Assembly (NCBI GenBank): GCA_022813865.1
Contig: JALDZX010000071.1
Location: forward strand, 1 to 64,000
Direction of reading: 5' to 3'
DNA length: 64,000 nucleotides
Source: Xylographa opegraphella
Lineage: Eukaryota
The position numbers were made by a program, and so were the translations under genes. Of the stretch, positions 1-13,966 are shown in pieces (the first letter of the stretch is position 1; every line of letters starts with the position of its first letter). The notes beneath the pieces are model-generated. The model had not been told where the DNA came from and did no database searches. It saw nothing but the letters and a program-made list of their open reading frames with translations.

Positions 1-167
1 GATCTTGCGCTCGTGGCATAGTTATCCTATCTACATATACATACAGAAAGGGGAGGTCGGGAGTATGAAACGCCGCCGCCGCCGCTGCCCAAGAAGAATC
101 CCCGTCAGATAACCCAAACGCCAGTCGGACGGAAACGCCAGTCTCGACGCCCCGCTTCACCCGCCTC

Positions 168-2462
168 TCAGCGCCGCCGCCACCACAGCGCCGCGAGGCC
201 CAGCACCCGATACCCCAACACAATCGCCACCAGCACGCCGACGCCCATGGGCATGGCGCCCTTGGGCACGAGGCCCTCGGCGCCGCTCTGGTAGCCGAAG
301 CCGTGCAGGATGTCGTCCCCGAGCACGAGGCACTGGTCGGCCAAGCTGGTGACGTACATGCACGTGCAGGGCGGGGGCCCGCAGGTGTAGTTGCGGCCGG
401 CGAACTCGTTGACCATCATGCCCTGGAAGACGTAGGCCTGGTAGTCGACGTAGGAGAAGGCGTACTTGTAGAAGACGTTGAGCAGGTCCGGCGTCACGAG
501 GAAGCCGGCCACGCTCATCCAGAGCCCGTTGGCGAAGGCCGTGAGGGCTGCGGCCGCGAGCGGCGCGGGGAAGAGGGCCGCGATGAGGATGGTGAGGGAC
601 TCCGCGGCGAGGAGGTCGAGGTAGAGGTAGAGGGTGAAGGTGAGGAAGGCGTGGGCGCTGGGGTGGAAGTTGGAGAGGAAGTAGGTGATGGAAGAGAAGA
701 TGAGGGAGAAGAAGACTGGGGGGTTGTTAGTGGTGAGGTCGTGGGGGAGGGGGAATAGGGAGGGAGGCTCACAGAGGTAGGGGACGCCGATGAGGAAGTT
801 CGCGATCATGAAGCTAGCGGGCCCGTAGAGGCCGTTCGCGCGCTCTTTGACGAGCGTCGCTCGGTCTTCGAGGAAAGCAGGTACGTACGCGATCGCCATG
901 AAGGAGATGAAGGCCGAGGCGAAGAAGATGGCATTGATGAAGGGCTGTATGGCCTCCTGCGCGGCCGCCAGGCGGAGCCACACCGTCCCCATCATGATCG
1001 CTAGGCCGATGTACATCGCAAGGCGGATGCCGTACGTGATCAGGTCGCGGTAGCTTTTGATGAAGTTCCGGTGGAGGAGTGTGAACGGAATGGACAGAGC
1101 TGACGGCCCAGGCTGGAAGTCCAGCTCGAACAGCTCTTGCGGAGACCACTTGTACGGATCGGCTGGGTTCCACGCGACGGCCAAGCTCTCTGCGGATCGG
1201 CCCCACGGCGAGTGGATCTGCAGGACTTTGGGGTTCGTGGGCTGCTTCACGTCGATGGCGTCCTGCGCGAGCGCGAGGCTCTCGGGCGACTTGCTCCAGC
1301 AGGATTGGATGCGGTTGAGGCGCTTCGCCGCGCTGTGGAGGTCGTCGGCGAAGTCGACGTTCACGATATCGAGCAGGAATTCCGCAGGGTTGAAATGCTT
1401 GGGCATGGGGATGCCGATGTCGCCGAAATAGGGACCGACTTTGTCGACCTCTCCAAAGTAGCAGGTTGCACCACCGGATAGGAGGAGCAGTTTGTCGAAA
1501 CATTGGAAGGTCAGTGTTGACGGTTGGTGGATACTTGCGATGACCATGATGTTCCGTGCCTTGGCGATCTTCTGGATATAGGAGATGACCTGGTAGCTGC
1601 AATGTGCGTTCAGCCCGCTGGTTGGTTCGTCCAGGAACAAGATTTTGGGACATGTGATGAGAGCGCTGGCAATGCCGAGACGTCTCTTCTCGCCACCGGT
1701 AAGACCTTTCTTGATCGGGGTTCCTATGATAGTGTCGGCCTGATGCTGTAAGCCCATGGACGATATCAGGTCGTCTATCCGATCTTTCCGCTCGGCTGCG
1801 GATATGGAACTGGTCTCAAGCGTCAGAAAGAGGATGTTGCGGCAGAATTTTTAGGAGTATCCTTGCTTACCTTGGTAAGGCTAGCTTCGAAGCGAAATAC
1901 AGAGTCTCTTTGGCAGTCAGACATCCAATGAAGCTGTCTTTAAGAACAGTCAGCATTAGTAGTAAGTAGTGGCAGGGTAGGAGAATTCTCGCATCATACC
2001 TTCTCGCTCAACGAAACTCGATGATTTCCTCAACGCTGAAGACGATGGATACATGCCGTTCACCAAGATGTCGCCCTTTATGTCGAATTTCGAAGTGGAC
2101 ATCCGGTGAGCTAGAACATCGAGCAGTGTAGTCTTCCCACATCCTGATGGGCCCATGAGCGCCACTACTTCGCCTGACGAAGAAGTCAGTATTGATAGTA
2201 AGGAGGTTTATGGACGTATAGCTCCATAATTATACAGCAAAAAGAGCACTCATAGGATACAGGCAAGAGATACATCATAATAGGTACTATACATACCAGC
2301 TTTGATAGAGCCCTGGACGTTCGAGAGTATCGTTTTGTGGCCACCAATGGATTTATCATATATTGAGACATCAAGGGCGTTCCACGAGAATGTGTGGACA
2401 GTGCGGTTCTGTTGATTGGAACGGTCACTTGTAGACTCGATATCAAAGGCCTTTTGCAACAT
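168..2462 (-). CDS. ABCG (White-like) half-size ABC transporter, NBD-TMD; exons approx. 2462-2297, 2173-2000, 1937-1871, 1809-773, 715-168
   Basis: Walker A GPSGCGKTT, signature LTGGEKRR, Walker B ILFLDEPTSG and the ABC2 membrane motif EDRATLVKERANGLY; GT-AG introns join the exons in frame. Confidence 0.92.
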
Positions 2463-4625
2463 CTTGATGGACTACTGGCAAAAAGGCAAGAGATCTTGTC
2501 AGAGGTATAAGCACTCAATCCGCTTGGCTTAATATCAGACGAGGTAATCAGTTATCGTCTGTGAACGAAGACTCGTAGCCAAACTAGAGGATTCCTTCTG
2601 CCAATGCTGGGCAAGCCGTCAATATAGTCGGTTTGCTCCTTCGGGGCCTTGCAGATATCAGCAATGCTTCCATTCTCATTCGCCAGTTCCCCTGGCCAGC
2701 CTCCTGGCGGTGGTACAAGCCACTCTAATGGCCCTGAATACGGAGCCAGCCTTCGAGTTGACATGGGTGAGCACGTTATCATAGAGGCTTGTGCAGATGA
2801 CAGATCGATCATGCCGCGCATGTGTGACTTCAGGAGTCCCAACATGGATAACAGGCCGCTCCTGACATACGCAATTACTGCGAGAGACCCAGCGGATTCA
2901 TCGGATCCATGTGTCTCGGTCGTCTAGCTTTAGCCATTAGCCATGACCTGGAGGCGGCGTGGTAGCCAGAACAACGATAACAATGTTTGTTAGTCCATAT
3001 CTCTGACGACTTCGTTTAACGGGGATGATTCCAAAGTCCTTTCCTACAGACCTCAAAGTTGCAACTTGTTTGTTTAGCGTGCTTGGCAACTGTACAACTC
3101 GCCCACTTCAGAAGAGACGACGATGACCAAGTAAATCAAGCTGACAATCTTTCGTGTCTATTGTCTTCTTCCTACAACTCCTCTAATGCTGTCCCTAAGC
3201 CTATACATAATTGTATGCTATTTTCAAGAACCTTACCGCCTTCTGCTCGAATTATTAGTTTCGTCCCGAAGTATTTGCCACTGTTTTTTGCATTGACAGC
3301 TAAGTTTCGAACGCCGCACCCACGGGAGGGAACATTATAAGCTCGATCGCGAAACCATAGTTCATGATTTGGTCTGGATGACAAAACGCCGTTGACGCGT
3401 TCTACACAGGCCCACCAATGAGCTCGTTGAACAAGCATGGGAACTCGTTCGTATGTGGCGCTTGTCAATGCGAACAACTTCTGACCAGGATCCTTGTGGA
3501 GAAGCGGCTTCGCAGTGGTTTCAGCTTCTAGTTATATCTCAATATTGGAGGAAATCGCGCGGTCTACAATTGCTCAACATCTGGTAGATGCAAACTTGCG
3601 CAAATGACTACGTAGTAGATGCGCTGAATGAAGTGGCAAAGGTAGGTACGATATGATGACAATTCGCAGGCGTTGTGCCAGGCATTATTTGGGTGCTAGA
3701 AGTGGCAGTATCGTATCCCCATGCAGGAGTTTTAATGACCTCAGCCGGTAGCCTGCCAATCTCCAAACTAGACCTCTGCTACATCGCAGGCAGCAAAAGA
3801 TAAGTTGGCTATCAGAGCTGGCCGCATTGACTGGTCCCGGCCGAGATGAAGTATGACTGCCAGATGTTGTTATATAACATAGGCGTGCGTGGAGACGACG
3901 TAATTACCTCTGTATGGTCGCACAAGTGCGGCAAGTGCGAATGACTTGTATGTATCAAGAGCGATTGCAGCTATCGCAGTATGGTAGGATACTGCTGCAG
4001 AGATACCTTGGCGATCCCTACTCGGTACGACCTGCGACCTGTCAGGAAAGTTGTGGAGACAAACTATCGACACTCGAAACTGAACGTCCCGCATCAGCCC
4101 TGGCTCCCTTCCAGGTTGTCAGATGCATACATATTGTCAAGTCTTTAGACACTTGACTTTCCTGATGGCATAGAAGCATAGTCGCTGGAAAGACCACCAT
4201 CGAAAGTGGACAACAGCAAATATAGTAAAAGCAGCAATAATACGAATTATCATCGCTATTTAAATCGTTCAGACAGTGACTGTGGCTTGGACAGAGGAGA
4301 GGAATTAAAATTCTCTTCTGAGTGCAATTCGTGTTATTCAACTATATAGAATATGAAAAATGTTACCATGCTCCTCAACATTGCAATGTCATATTTTAAC
4401 CTGAACAAGATCCCGCCGAAGAGAGTCAGATATTATTCGTTTATTACGCAAGGTTGCCACACTCCAATATGGTCTTGCTATCCAGGCACTTCTATACCAA
4501 ATGCCGGGGCCCAGCAATTTTCAGAACTCCACCATGCCGTGGGTGGACTTGCTCCAAGATAGCATTATTCATGTCAACCAGCCACCATTTTGCTTAGGTG
4601 TCTAAAGGTTGTCAATTGCATCCAG

Positions 4626-6779
4626 TCAGTCATCACCGAAGCCCAACCACTCCTCATCGTCAACTGCGTCCAGCCAGTCGTTATCAAAACCAGGCCACTG
4701 TTGTGGAGGAGACACAACACTGTCATCTCCACTGACAGGCGGTGCTACAGGCTCCTGAAGATGGGGCACATCTCCGGGTCGAGAGTTGTCCCCAGTCGCT
4801 CCGAACAAGCCGACACTTCCACTGACACAGCCAAAATGCAGCAAGCCGTCGCCATGGCCTACGAGGCCCTTGAACTTCTTAGTGAAATAATGACCATCTC
4901 GATCTCCGTTCCGGATTATCCGCATCCCTGGCCAATCTGTTTTGATATTTCCGGAAATCGTTTCTCCTTCGACTGTGCCCTCCCATTCTTCCGGATAGTG
5001 AAGCCTTAAACTGCCGGTCGTGCATTTGTACTCAGAGTAAAAATTTCGCATGGGCTTACCAGGGTTTGAGATAGATGATAGAATGGTCATGTCCACAGAC
5101 CCACTTCCGTCTGAGACTGTCAGATGAGAGTCATCGTCCAGCGAACCATATGGGGATAAGACGCCAGTGATTGAGCCGGAAGAGGTTTGCATGTTCAGTC
5201 GAGAGCCGTGTACAATACCAGCGTGTAGGCTGCCGCTACTGGAAGTTATGTCTGTCTGGTAGTCGCGAACCGGAACATTGGATGTCAAGAAGGTGCCATC
5301 TTCAAGCAACAGCATAGGTGTATCAACATGAATAGTGCCGGACACTGTATGCAGTTTAAGTACGGCCGGAACTGGCTTGGAACCAAGCGCGTCCTTTGGC
5401 TCCACATTGATCTTGATAGAACCTGACTGGGTGGATATATTTAATAGATCGTAGAGTGGGAATGTACCCGAAACAGATCCAGAACCGGTCCCGATATTTA
5501 TCTCCCGTGGATTCACATCAACCTTGGTAGACTTACCGGCCGGAAACTCAATCGAGCCGGCCAGAGTTCTGGCTTTAATCTCATCGGTATTCAACCGAAG
5601 CCTCTCGTGAAATACAATCTTCATGGTTTGAGACTGAATCTTTAACGAATCAAGGCGAATTCCAGACTTAATCCACATATTTATCACCATGTATATACAC
5701 GGCCGAGAAGATATAGGAGACCCTCCTGGAAGGACGGATGGACTGAAGATCTGTAAACCAGCATGGCTATTTTTGAATTGCACTTCGTTCAATATTATCT
5801 GATCCGAATAGTGCATTGTCAGCTCCACTCGAACCTCAGCCTCCAAGTGCTCTGTTGCAGGTCGAATGTGAATTTCGCCAGATGAGCGAATATGTCGGTA
5901 GTTCTTATTGTCGTCCCAATCCAGGCCTTTGGTTTCTTCGACCAATGTGAAATCTGGTGGGCTGGAGAAGCTGAGGGTTGCATTGCTGCTGTAGATACCC
6001 TCTGGACAGGATGCAGGGGCATTCCCGGGAGACTCCTCGAATCCAGGCGTTGGTCTACTTGGGTTCGCGATTTCCTCCTAGGTATTCATTAGAATAGGTT
6101 TGAAAAGAGAAAATTTGGGGTCTAGAGGTACATTGTGGTGACCGAAACCAGTAATCATATTGGCAATAATTCCAATAGCGATTACCAATGCCGCCAGACC
6201 AATTAGAACCTTTATCACAGATCTCAGGTTGTTTGGAAAGCAGCCTCGGCCTCTTTTCCTCCAGACAGGTTCTGCGCGATCAGACGGTCCAAGTAAGGGA
6301 GCTCCGCCAAGGTCTTCTGGTCGGCCTTCGGACAGAAAGACTTCGCGTCCATGCATAGTATTGTACTGACTATTGTTTCTGCTTGTAGCGCTACCATAAG
6401 AACTCGACCGTGGCGGGTGGTACGTATAGCCTGCAGTTGCAGCTGAATATGTTGGCGGCGCTGATGGCAGTAGCGAAGAATGCTCTGTATGGATGTCTTC
6501 TTCGAAATCAGGATCTGGCCTTCTTCGAGTCGAAGTTGAAGGAGTGCTGGAGTGTGAAGGTCTTTTCAGAGCGGAGGCGCCTTCCAGTGCAGAGTTTACT
6601 TCCTGCTCTTGTTCTGCTTCTCTGGCTTTGTTGGCTTCAGCTGTGTTTTGAGATGGATCTGGCACGAGAACGTCCTGGGGATGATTGGGTCGTTGATTGA
6701 AATACCCATTCGTTGGACTAAGCTCATTGGACAGAGATTCGTCGTCAGACTCCTCATACAACCCCCTTCCGGAAGGCAT
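4626..6779 (-). CDS. Type II membrane protein with DUF4097/putative-adhesin beta-repeat domain; exons 6779-6132 and 6077-4626
   Basis: Disordered N-terminus with a PPTY motif, one TM helix (VLIGLAALVIAIGII) and repeated T-x-SGSI/V units; intron GTACCT...TAG keeps the frame. Confidence 0.7.
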
Positions 6780-7823
6780 TGCGGCACAAAACTCGAGGCC
6801 AGACGTGGCTGTTGCAACGAAGGAGTGGTAGAACACTCTTGCAGTCAAAGCCTACGAGGACGTCCACGTTTGTTGAACATTCAGGCTAAGCTTCCGTCAG
6901 AGGCATATCCCTCGAAATCGTTATCGGCGTCGTCGTAGGGCCGCGTAGTCTTCGAGGACCGCACCCCTCCCAAAGCAGCCCATCAGCGTGGATAAGGTAG
7001 CTCTCCGCATAACGGCCACAGCACGCATTAGTGACCTCTATCATCGTCCAGTGAGATGCGCTCGTCCAAGCAACCCTTACCCATCAGACGGAGGTTATTT
7101 GGGCCGACACGACGATGACGTAAGTGGTAGGCTAGGACCTGGGCTACTGTAGGATCTTAGTCTCGACTCTCTAAACACATATCTACCTAACCACGAATCA
7201 CCTTGGACTACTGGAGTCGTCTCTCAACGTTAAACTACGTGTGCTCACTAAATAGATTACGTGTTGCCTGGGTTTGTCTCAGTTCACTATCAGCTACAGT
7301 ACTAGGACTAAATGTGCTGGGTTCACGTTTTCGGCACTGTGCACAGTCTTTCCGTGTACCGAAGATCTTTGCATCCACTCATGCGGAGTACCAGTTTCTG
7401 ATCCTAGGATAACGACAAATTTTTTACTTAAGTGTCATATATCAGTGGGACATTGTTGCGCCGTAGTATTACAGTATTTCGTACATAGTCGAAATCATTC
7501 TGTTTGAAGCTTATCTAGAACAATATGTGCACATCAGAGCATCAGGACGTGGGCTATCTAACATACGCCAACATCACCCCTTGCTGCTCAGATGGGCCGG
7601 CCTGTTCCGTGCAGCTCGGCTGGGTCGATGAAGTGGAAATGGGCTGACCGTCTTTGTTCTCTTTATATACAGCCCGGTAGCTTCCAGCTGAAGTCAAAAG
7701 TGCTCATTTGTGCGCTTCAACTAGGTCATATATGATACATGCTTACAATGTATAGCCATGTATGAGAACTGGGATATGGTAACAAAGAAAGCGTAAAGCT
7801 CATTATACCTGTTGACTACCTCG

Positions 7824-9361
7824 CTACTCCGCCAGAAAGGCCTCGATTTCAAACCCAATCGTTCGAGTTATAACTTGTATATAATCCCAACCGACGTTGA
7901 CTCTCCATTTGGTTCCTGCATCCAATATATCTGCCATTGTCGACGTCTTCACCAGCATTTTTGATGAGGCCAGCGTAGCAATCTGGCTCATTAGGTCACC
8001 CGTACCTCCGGGGACGGGATGTGGTGTAATGGCATGAAATATCGCCACCATACGCTCCATCACGAAGGCTTGGGGTCCAAGCTGCTTTCTCTGGATTTTG
8101 CGATGTTTTGATGGCCGGCCTTTGGCTGTTCCGCCACCCTTCTTGCGTCGCTTTCGCTCATGCGCTTTCATGAAGAATGTTTGGTCTTGTCGAGCAGGAT
8201 TGTACGAAGCGAGATAAGCTGCAACGAGAAGGTAGGTAGTGAAGTATGGTAATTCGCGAGATTCTACCCATGTGGCGCTATTAGTATTTATTGTTTAGAA
8301 AATGCAATCGACATGGTCTCACTTTTAATTGCCTTCTTGGTGGTGGTAACAGTGGAAGCCAATGACAGTATGCGTTCATTCAGAGCACTTTCTGTTTGAA
8401 ATAAAGACCTGTTCCTAACAAGCAACTTCGAGAATTCTCGGGTGCCTGATAGACCATCCCTGATTGGTTGAACGAATGGTACCCATAACCTCTGGCACAC
8501 ATTACGCAGGCTGACAATGTCTCGTGCCGCCCCTTTACCCAGGGAGTCCCAAACTGCTCCACAGAAGCGTGACCATAACCAGGCATCGTCCTCTTGCCTC
8601 TCGAGGATTAGCTCTTCTGAAAGGGCATCGTCGGATGATGCGCTTGCAAAAATAGCCAAGGGTGATTGAGACAATATAACAAGACATTCTTTGCGATCAT
8701 AAGGGGTAAAGTGCAGATGTGGCACACCAGCAAGGTGAAGAAATCTTGGTCTTGGAGCCGTCACGATAAAAATGACAGTTAGCTTAGGTATCTAGCAGAG
8801 ATTGATTAGAGTATATATTCAAAAAATAGATGCTCGGTCGCATACGATTTCTCCCAAACGTGCAAGTGCAGGTAAAAGTGTAGATGGAGCTTCTCGCTGC
8901 TGATCAACCCCGTCGAAGACTAAAATGAACTTCGACTGTAGTCTTAATATCCGCTCCAGCTGCACTGCGAGACTACTGAAGCTCTCGCAAGGTCCATTGA
9001 AGCTCGACAGTTGGGTAGCTGTTTCACCATCATCGATCTTTTCCAAAGCATTTTTGCATGCAATGATAGTTCGCTCAAGCAGATGTCGTGCAGTGATGCA
9101 CTCTTTGGAAAGCACTATAGCAAAAGGCACATGCAAACTATCCAATATTGCCTTCACTGTCAAGCTCTTACCAGTGGCTTCTAATCCATGCACGGCGAGA
9201 ACAGAAGGGCTTGAGATTGTTGGCTGCGTCTAACATTAGCGCGATATTCCTACAATTTGCAAGACGTATCGTACATCTAACAAACTTGCAAGTTGCCTGA
9301 TTTGTGCCTGTCTACACGGTATCTGATCATTTAGGAACACTAAGAGATCTTTTGGGAGCAT
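7824..9361 (-). CDS. ORC5: Origin recognition complex subunit 5 (4 exons)
   Basis: N-terminus MLPKDLL..PCRQAQIRQL, Walker A GLEATGKS, LVFDGVDQQREA, HFTPYDRKE, YLLVAAYLASYNP and C-terminal QLGPQAFVMERMVAIF. Confidence 0.9.
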
Positions 9362-9410
9362 TGCGCATTGGTGCTGCTTGGGTTGAAGTTACTTGTTACA
9401 CTACTTGGAC

Positions 9411-9440
9411 ATCGCGTCGCGTAGAGTGGTTTTTTCGCGA
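9411..9440. promoter_or_regulatory. MCB/SCB-like CGCG elements in the 200-bp ORC5/CHZ1 divergent promoter
   Basis: TCGCGTCGCGT at 9412-9422 and TTTCGCG (CGCGAAA on the minus strand) at 9433-9439. Confidence 0.5.
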
Positions 9441-9562
9441 ACTTCAACACGAGCCCGTTCCTTCGCCAACAACAATTCCACAATCCCCACCCTTCGTGAA
9501 GTACTCTCCCAAATTTCTTTCCAATCACATACAATTGTTCTTACATAGTCCAAACCACTACA

Positions 9563-10043
9563 ATGAGCGACCGTAATGGCCTAATGGATGTGGGAACGGA
9601 GAATGTCAATCCTTCTGAAGCTCCAGTTTCCACGAAAGGCAAGGGAAAAGCAGTCGACCCTGCACCGCAAGATATGAGCATGGATGAAGAAGAGGAATCC
9701 TCGGAGGAGGAGGAAGGAGCAGAAGAAGAGGTTCGAGTCTTTTGTTGGCGCGAAGCCGTGATTCTCGAATAAACTTACTGATTTGTAGATAGGGCCATGA
9801 GGATGTTGGTACGTTATTAGATTGAATACAACAAAGCATTATCAATACCTAATAACGCATATAGAGGAGGAAGATGCAGACAACATGGAGGAGATCAGCA
9901 CCGAGAACATTATCAATGACGGTCGGCGCACGCGCGGCAAGACGATTGACTTCGCGCAGGCTGCCAAAGAGGCTGGAGAGGATCTGGACGAGGATGAGGA
10001 GGACGATGATGACTTTGAAGATGAGGACGCTATGAAGGAGTAA
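9563..10043 (+). CDS. CHZ1: Histone H2A.Z chaperone Chz1; exons 9563-9730, 9793-9808, 9865-10043
   Basis: Acidic protein with the CHZ motif MEEISTENII..GRRTRGKTIDF; a 16-nt middle exon restores the frame. Confidence 0.88.
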
Positions 10044-10524
10044 TATGATCAAGGACCGCGAGTGTATTTACAGATTCTCAACGAAAGCTGCAGCAGCATA
10101 GACTTTGGGAAGCATCGGGTCTACTGGGGGTAGACTGCACAAAAGCGCTGGGCTTGACCGTACTTGTCCTATAGCGCCTGTCGTATCTCACGGCGGAATG
10201 GAGTCGCATCAATTGGACATACGTTGGCTATCATCAAACTCTAAAGAGCTCCCATTAATGTATCCGGAGCTGTCTGCCACACGAAGTTATTTCAGTAATG
10301 TTATCCTGTAAAATCAGGTGAAGGTTACGTTCTTTCTGAAGTCTGGGCTCGAACTTTGGTGACATGAGCAAAGTAGACAAAATATCTTGACAATCTCCTG
10401 AGTCCGTAATGGGCTTGAAACTGCTTCGGAGGAGAAAGCTTGGCGCGGTCAAAACTCCAGTGGCAGTGTCCTAACGCAGACAACAATAATAACAACGACC
10501 CGAGAATTCTAATGTCCTAATAGT

Positions 10525-11256
10525 ATGGCATCTAGGTACACACCAACTTCCATGAACCGACGCCCGCTTGCCCCTATAATAACACTCAATATTTATTAGG
10601 TTCGGCCCATCCGCACTCCACCAGCGAGATCCGCGATCCTCCCTTTTCGAAAACTACACGGGTGACAGGAAAAATCGGCCGAGCAGTCACTCGCCTGCGC
10701 GGCCTATTGGAGGCTATGGCTATAGTGGATCTTTTGGGAGTGGGCCTGTAAACGATGGCTTTAGGCCTGCAACGCCAAACAGAAAGTTAGTAGCTTGAGG
10801 TGCGCGAAATGGAAGAAGCGACATCCTAGAAATCCATGAGGACAGTGCTGACCATATGTTACTTAGAGGCCAATATAGCGATGCTGTACTCTCAGAGCTC
10901 GAGAGTCAGAACGATGATCAAGTGGAGGGCATGAGCGCGAAGGTGAAGATGCTTAAAGACGTTAGTGCTGAGTCCTCTATGCACTCTTTGGCATTGCTCT
11001 AGGAGCATTCCACGATGGATGCTGAGCGTTGCTAATGGACTTTGAATAGATCACGATAGCAATAGGCGATGAGATTCGCGACTCCTCGAAGCTTGCGGAC
11101 AAGATGAACGACTCCTTTGACAATACACGAGTGCGGTTAAAGGGCACTATGAATCGAATGCTACGGATGGCCGAGCGTACCGGAGTCGGTTGGAGGGTAT
11201 GGCTGGGCTTCTTCGCGGCCGTGATAGTTCTGTTCTGGTACGTGTGGTTATTCTAG
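10525..11256 (+). CDS. BET1: ER-Golgi Qc-SNARE Bet1; exons 10525-10535, 10600-10785, 10867-10960, 11050-11256 (absent from the ORF track)
   Basis: Spliced translation MASRFGPSALHQRDPRSSLFENY...GQYSDAVLSELESQNDDQVEGMSAKVKMLKDITIAIGDEIR...; C-terminal TM WLGFFAAVIVLFWYVWLF*. Confidence 0.9.
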
Positions 11257-11985
11257 TGTGGGAGCATCACGGTTTGTCTCTTCTACTCATCTTCCGGAAT
11301 AATGGTTTCAAGTCACATCGCATGGTTCTTGAATAGCGGTACACGCATTGCTGCCGGATCAGGACCACAACCTCAAATGTAATAGTCCCATAGGGACTTT
11401 GTATAGTTTATTGAGAAGCTCACAAACAATGCTACAGTGCAGCTATAAATATGTTTCTTTCATAATTCGGGAAAGGGCGCTGGCGTGTATTCTGAAAAGT
11501 GCCCTTATTAACAGGACTTGTCAATCTTCAATAACTGAATATCTGCCACCACAATTGCGCAAGATGCGTTTTATTTCGGTCCATTGATATAGAGATCCGC
11601 TGAGGGTCGAGTCCACGGATCTCCATCGTTCGCTTCTAACTCTGATTTACTTCTTAGTCTGTGCATGTTGTGGCAGACTATGATCAATATGTTATCCAAA
11701 CTCAGCTCCTTGCGAGGATTGATGTTGGGTATTACTTCGAACAATGCATCCGAAGATAGGCAGAATGTCGAAGATCTGCGAGACTACGAGTTTCCTCACG
11801 AAATGAAGGTAGAAACTCTTCAGATGAGGTGCCCCACGGACCATAAGCTAGCGATCACACAAAAGGGCAAATTATCCAGGGGCCCAGGTAGGTTCGGAAG
11901 CAACGCAAAGGGCGATTGTTTTCCAGGTGATCCTACGAGCTGTAGTAATATTGTTCTGCATCGCTCATCAATACTATTGGAACTT

Positions 11986-12940
11986 CTAATTCTCCCTGCC
12001 TCTCCTCCTTGCGAATCTATCACTCCGCCGGGTGCCGCTTGATTGTGCGATTGGGCTGCTCCCGAAGACGGAACTACCGAGTAAGCTGCCAGTGTGGTTT
12101 TCTATCCTGGAAGGAGGAAGTGATATACGCCCACCACTTAACTCCATATCGCTACTTTCGTCCTCGACGTCGGTGTCGGTGTGCTGGTAGCTTCCTGCTT
12201 CAGGGACGTCCTCATCTAGATCTCGTCCTTGCATATCGCCGTGGTCGTCAATGCCATCATCTTCCGCATAGTCTCCATCCCCTTCCTCTGTGGGCAGTCC
12301 ATCATCTCCGTCTTCATCGATCCATTCCTGTCCTTCGTCCGCATCTGGAATATCTTCATCGAGATCGCGCTCGTGCTCGTCCACTCCACTCTCGTCGTCC
12401 CCTAGCATGGCGGCATCAGCATTACCCTCCTCAGCTTGGGTCTGTTCTTCGAGCAGGCGGGCTTGTTCGAGCTGTTCAAGCTCCCTATGTGATCAGAAGT
12501 TAGCGCCAGCTTATTATCAAATTTTAGCTAGGAGTAAAGAGACGTCAACAAACCTCAACCCATTGGCTTCCTGCTCCTCCCGCTCTGCCTTCTCATCGCA
12601 CATTCCCTGCAGGGTCTTTCCTACCCCTGGCGGCTTCAGCCATCCTGCTCCGAAGCGTCGGATGTTGGCCTTCCGTTGTTCAATGGCATTTTCGTCAGCG
12701 CGGAGGACACTGAGAATTGTCCGTGCCGGAGATTGAGGATGAGAGCTTCGGTGCTGTTGACTGTTACGGGAATGGGTATTGTTGCCGTTCTGGACTGGGT
12801 TTGAGTTCGAAGGGTAAGAGTACGAGGATTGTGAAGGATGCCATAAGCTATGAGCCTTATGCTATCAGTTGGGTCCGAGGAAAACGGTGGAGGGACGAGC
12901 TTACATTGAAAGGTGCAAGCGGAGGGATCGAAGAAAACAT
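11986..12940 (-). CDS. APC15: Anaphase-promoting complex subunit Apc15/Mnd2-like (3 exons)
   Basis: LRADENAIEQRKANIRRFGAGWLKPPGVGKTLQ motif followed by an acidic tail with repeated RDLDED(I/V)P(D/E)A. Confidence 0.8.
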
Positions 12941-13966
12941 TATATGCACAAAAGCTGGGAGTAGATTTCTACAGAACGATAATGAGACGTATTCCAGATG
13001 TCCAGCAGCCTGCGAATTTACGAAGTGAAGGTCAATATCAGTAGCTGTTTACCCGTTCTGGCCTAGCTTAGGTCCTAGAATACTCCGACATGGAAGTCCT
13101 GCATCTGTTCTCCATACGGAGGCTATGTACAATATCCATGTTAAGAAAATTGTTCTTAGCTTACGAAATCATAGCAAGACGGTAGACACTCGAGTCTGGT
13201 ACTCTATATTCTTGAAGAGATTGATATAAATGTCCAGAAAGAACCCTAGTCCATTCTTTGTCAATGTGCTGTGTGATATTCAGACTGTGTGTGATATCTT
13301 CACAGCACAGACAGTCTCATGGACACGTTATCAGTCTCTCATTACTCCAGCTACTATTCAACCTTCTTGCTTAATTTGAAAGGATAGCAGAAGGATAAGG
13401 AGCTCGACGGTCGCTCATGGGACCGAATCTCAAGAAACCTACCTGGATTATTATTCGCGGTGCCAGAATAACACACGAAATGTATATTCAGCTGCAAATC
13501 ATCCATAGGCAGTGCTGGACTTAGCCACTGGCAACCCTTTTTTCGGGCCCGCAGATCGGATAAATCATTGCATTGGAACATTTGGGTTTATCCTGTGATA
13601 CAACCAGCAAAATGGTCTGCTGGCAATCACAGCCCCAGTCCTATTTGAGTCACATACCTAACTGGGCGTATAAGCAACGGTATTCTTGCTACAGCTACCG
13701 ACTCAATAATATAATACTCATAAAGTAACTGACACCTCAACACTGTTATGACTGCCCTCAAATTGTCAAAATCCCACACTCTCAGAGCTGTGACTCCTTC
13801 CGTTCTCCATTGCTAATTTCCACCATTAAGTAGATGCTTATCACTTCAGCATATTTTGGATATCATAGAACCGTCCAGTCGTCTTATTTTGAAATTGGCT
13901 CCTTTGTGACGTCAAGGACCTAAAGATAATCAAATTGGCCTCCAAGGTCATAGCTTCTGTGCTTTC

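Noticed and set aside
2500..4550. Short ORFs in the 2-kb spacer upstream of the ABC transporter
   Set aside because: No codon bias, domains, terminal repeats or transposase motifs.
11348..12042. Plus-strand ORFs with Leu-rich patches between BET1 and APC15, possibly an F-box/LRR remnant
   Set aside because: Fragmented by stops, no diagnostic motif, and overlapping the APC15 3' end antisense.
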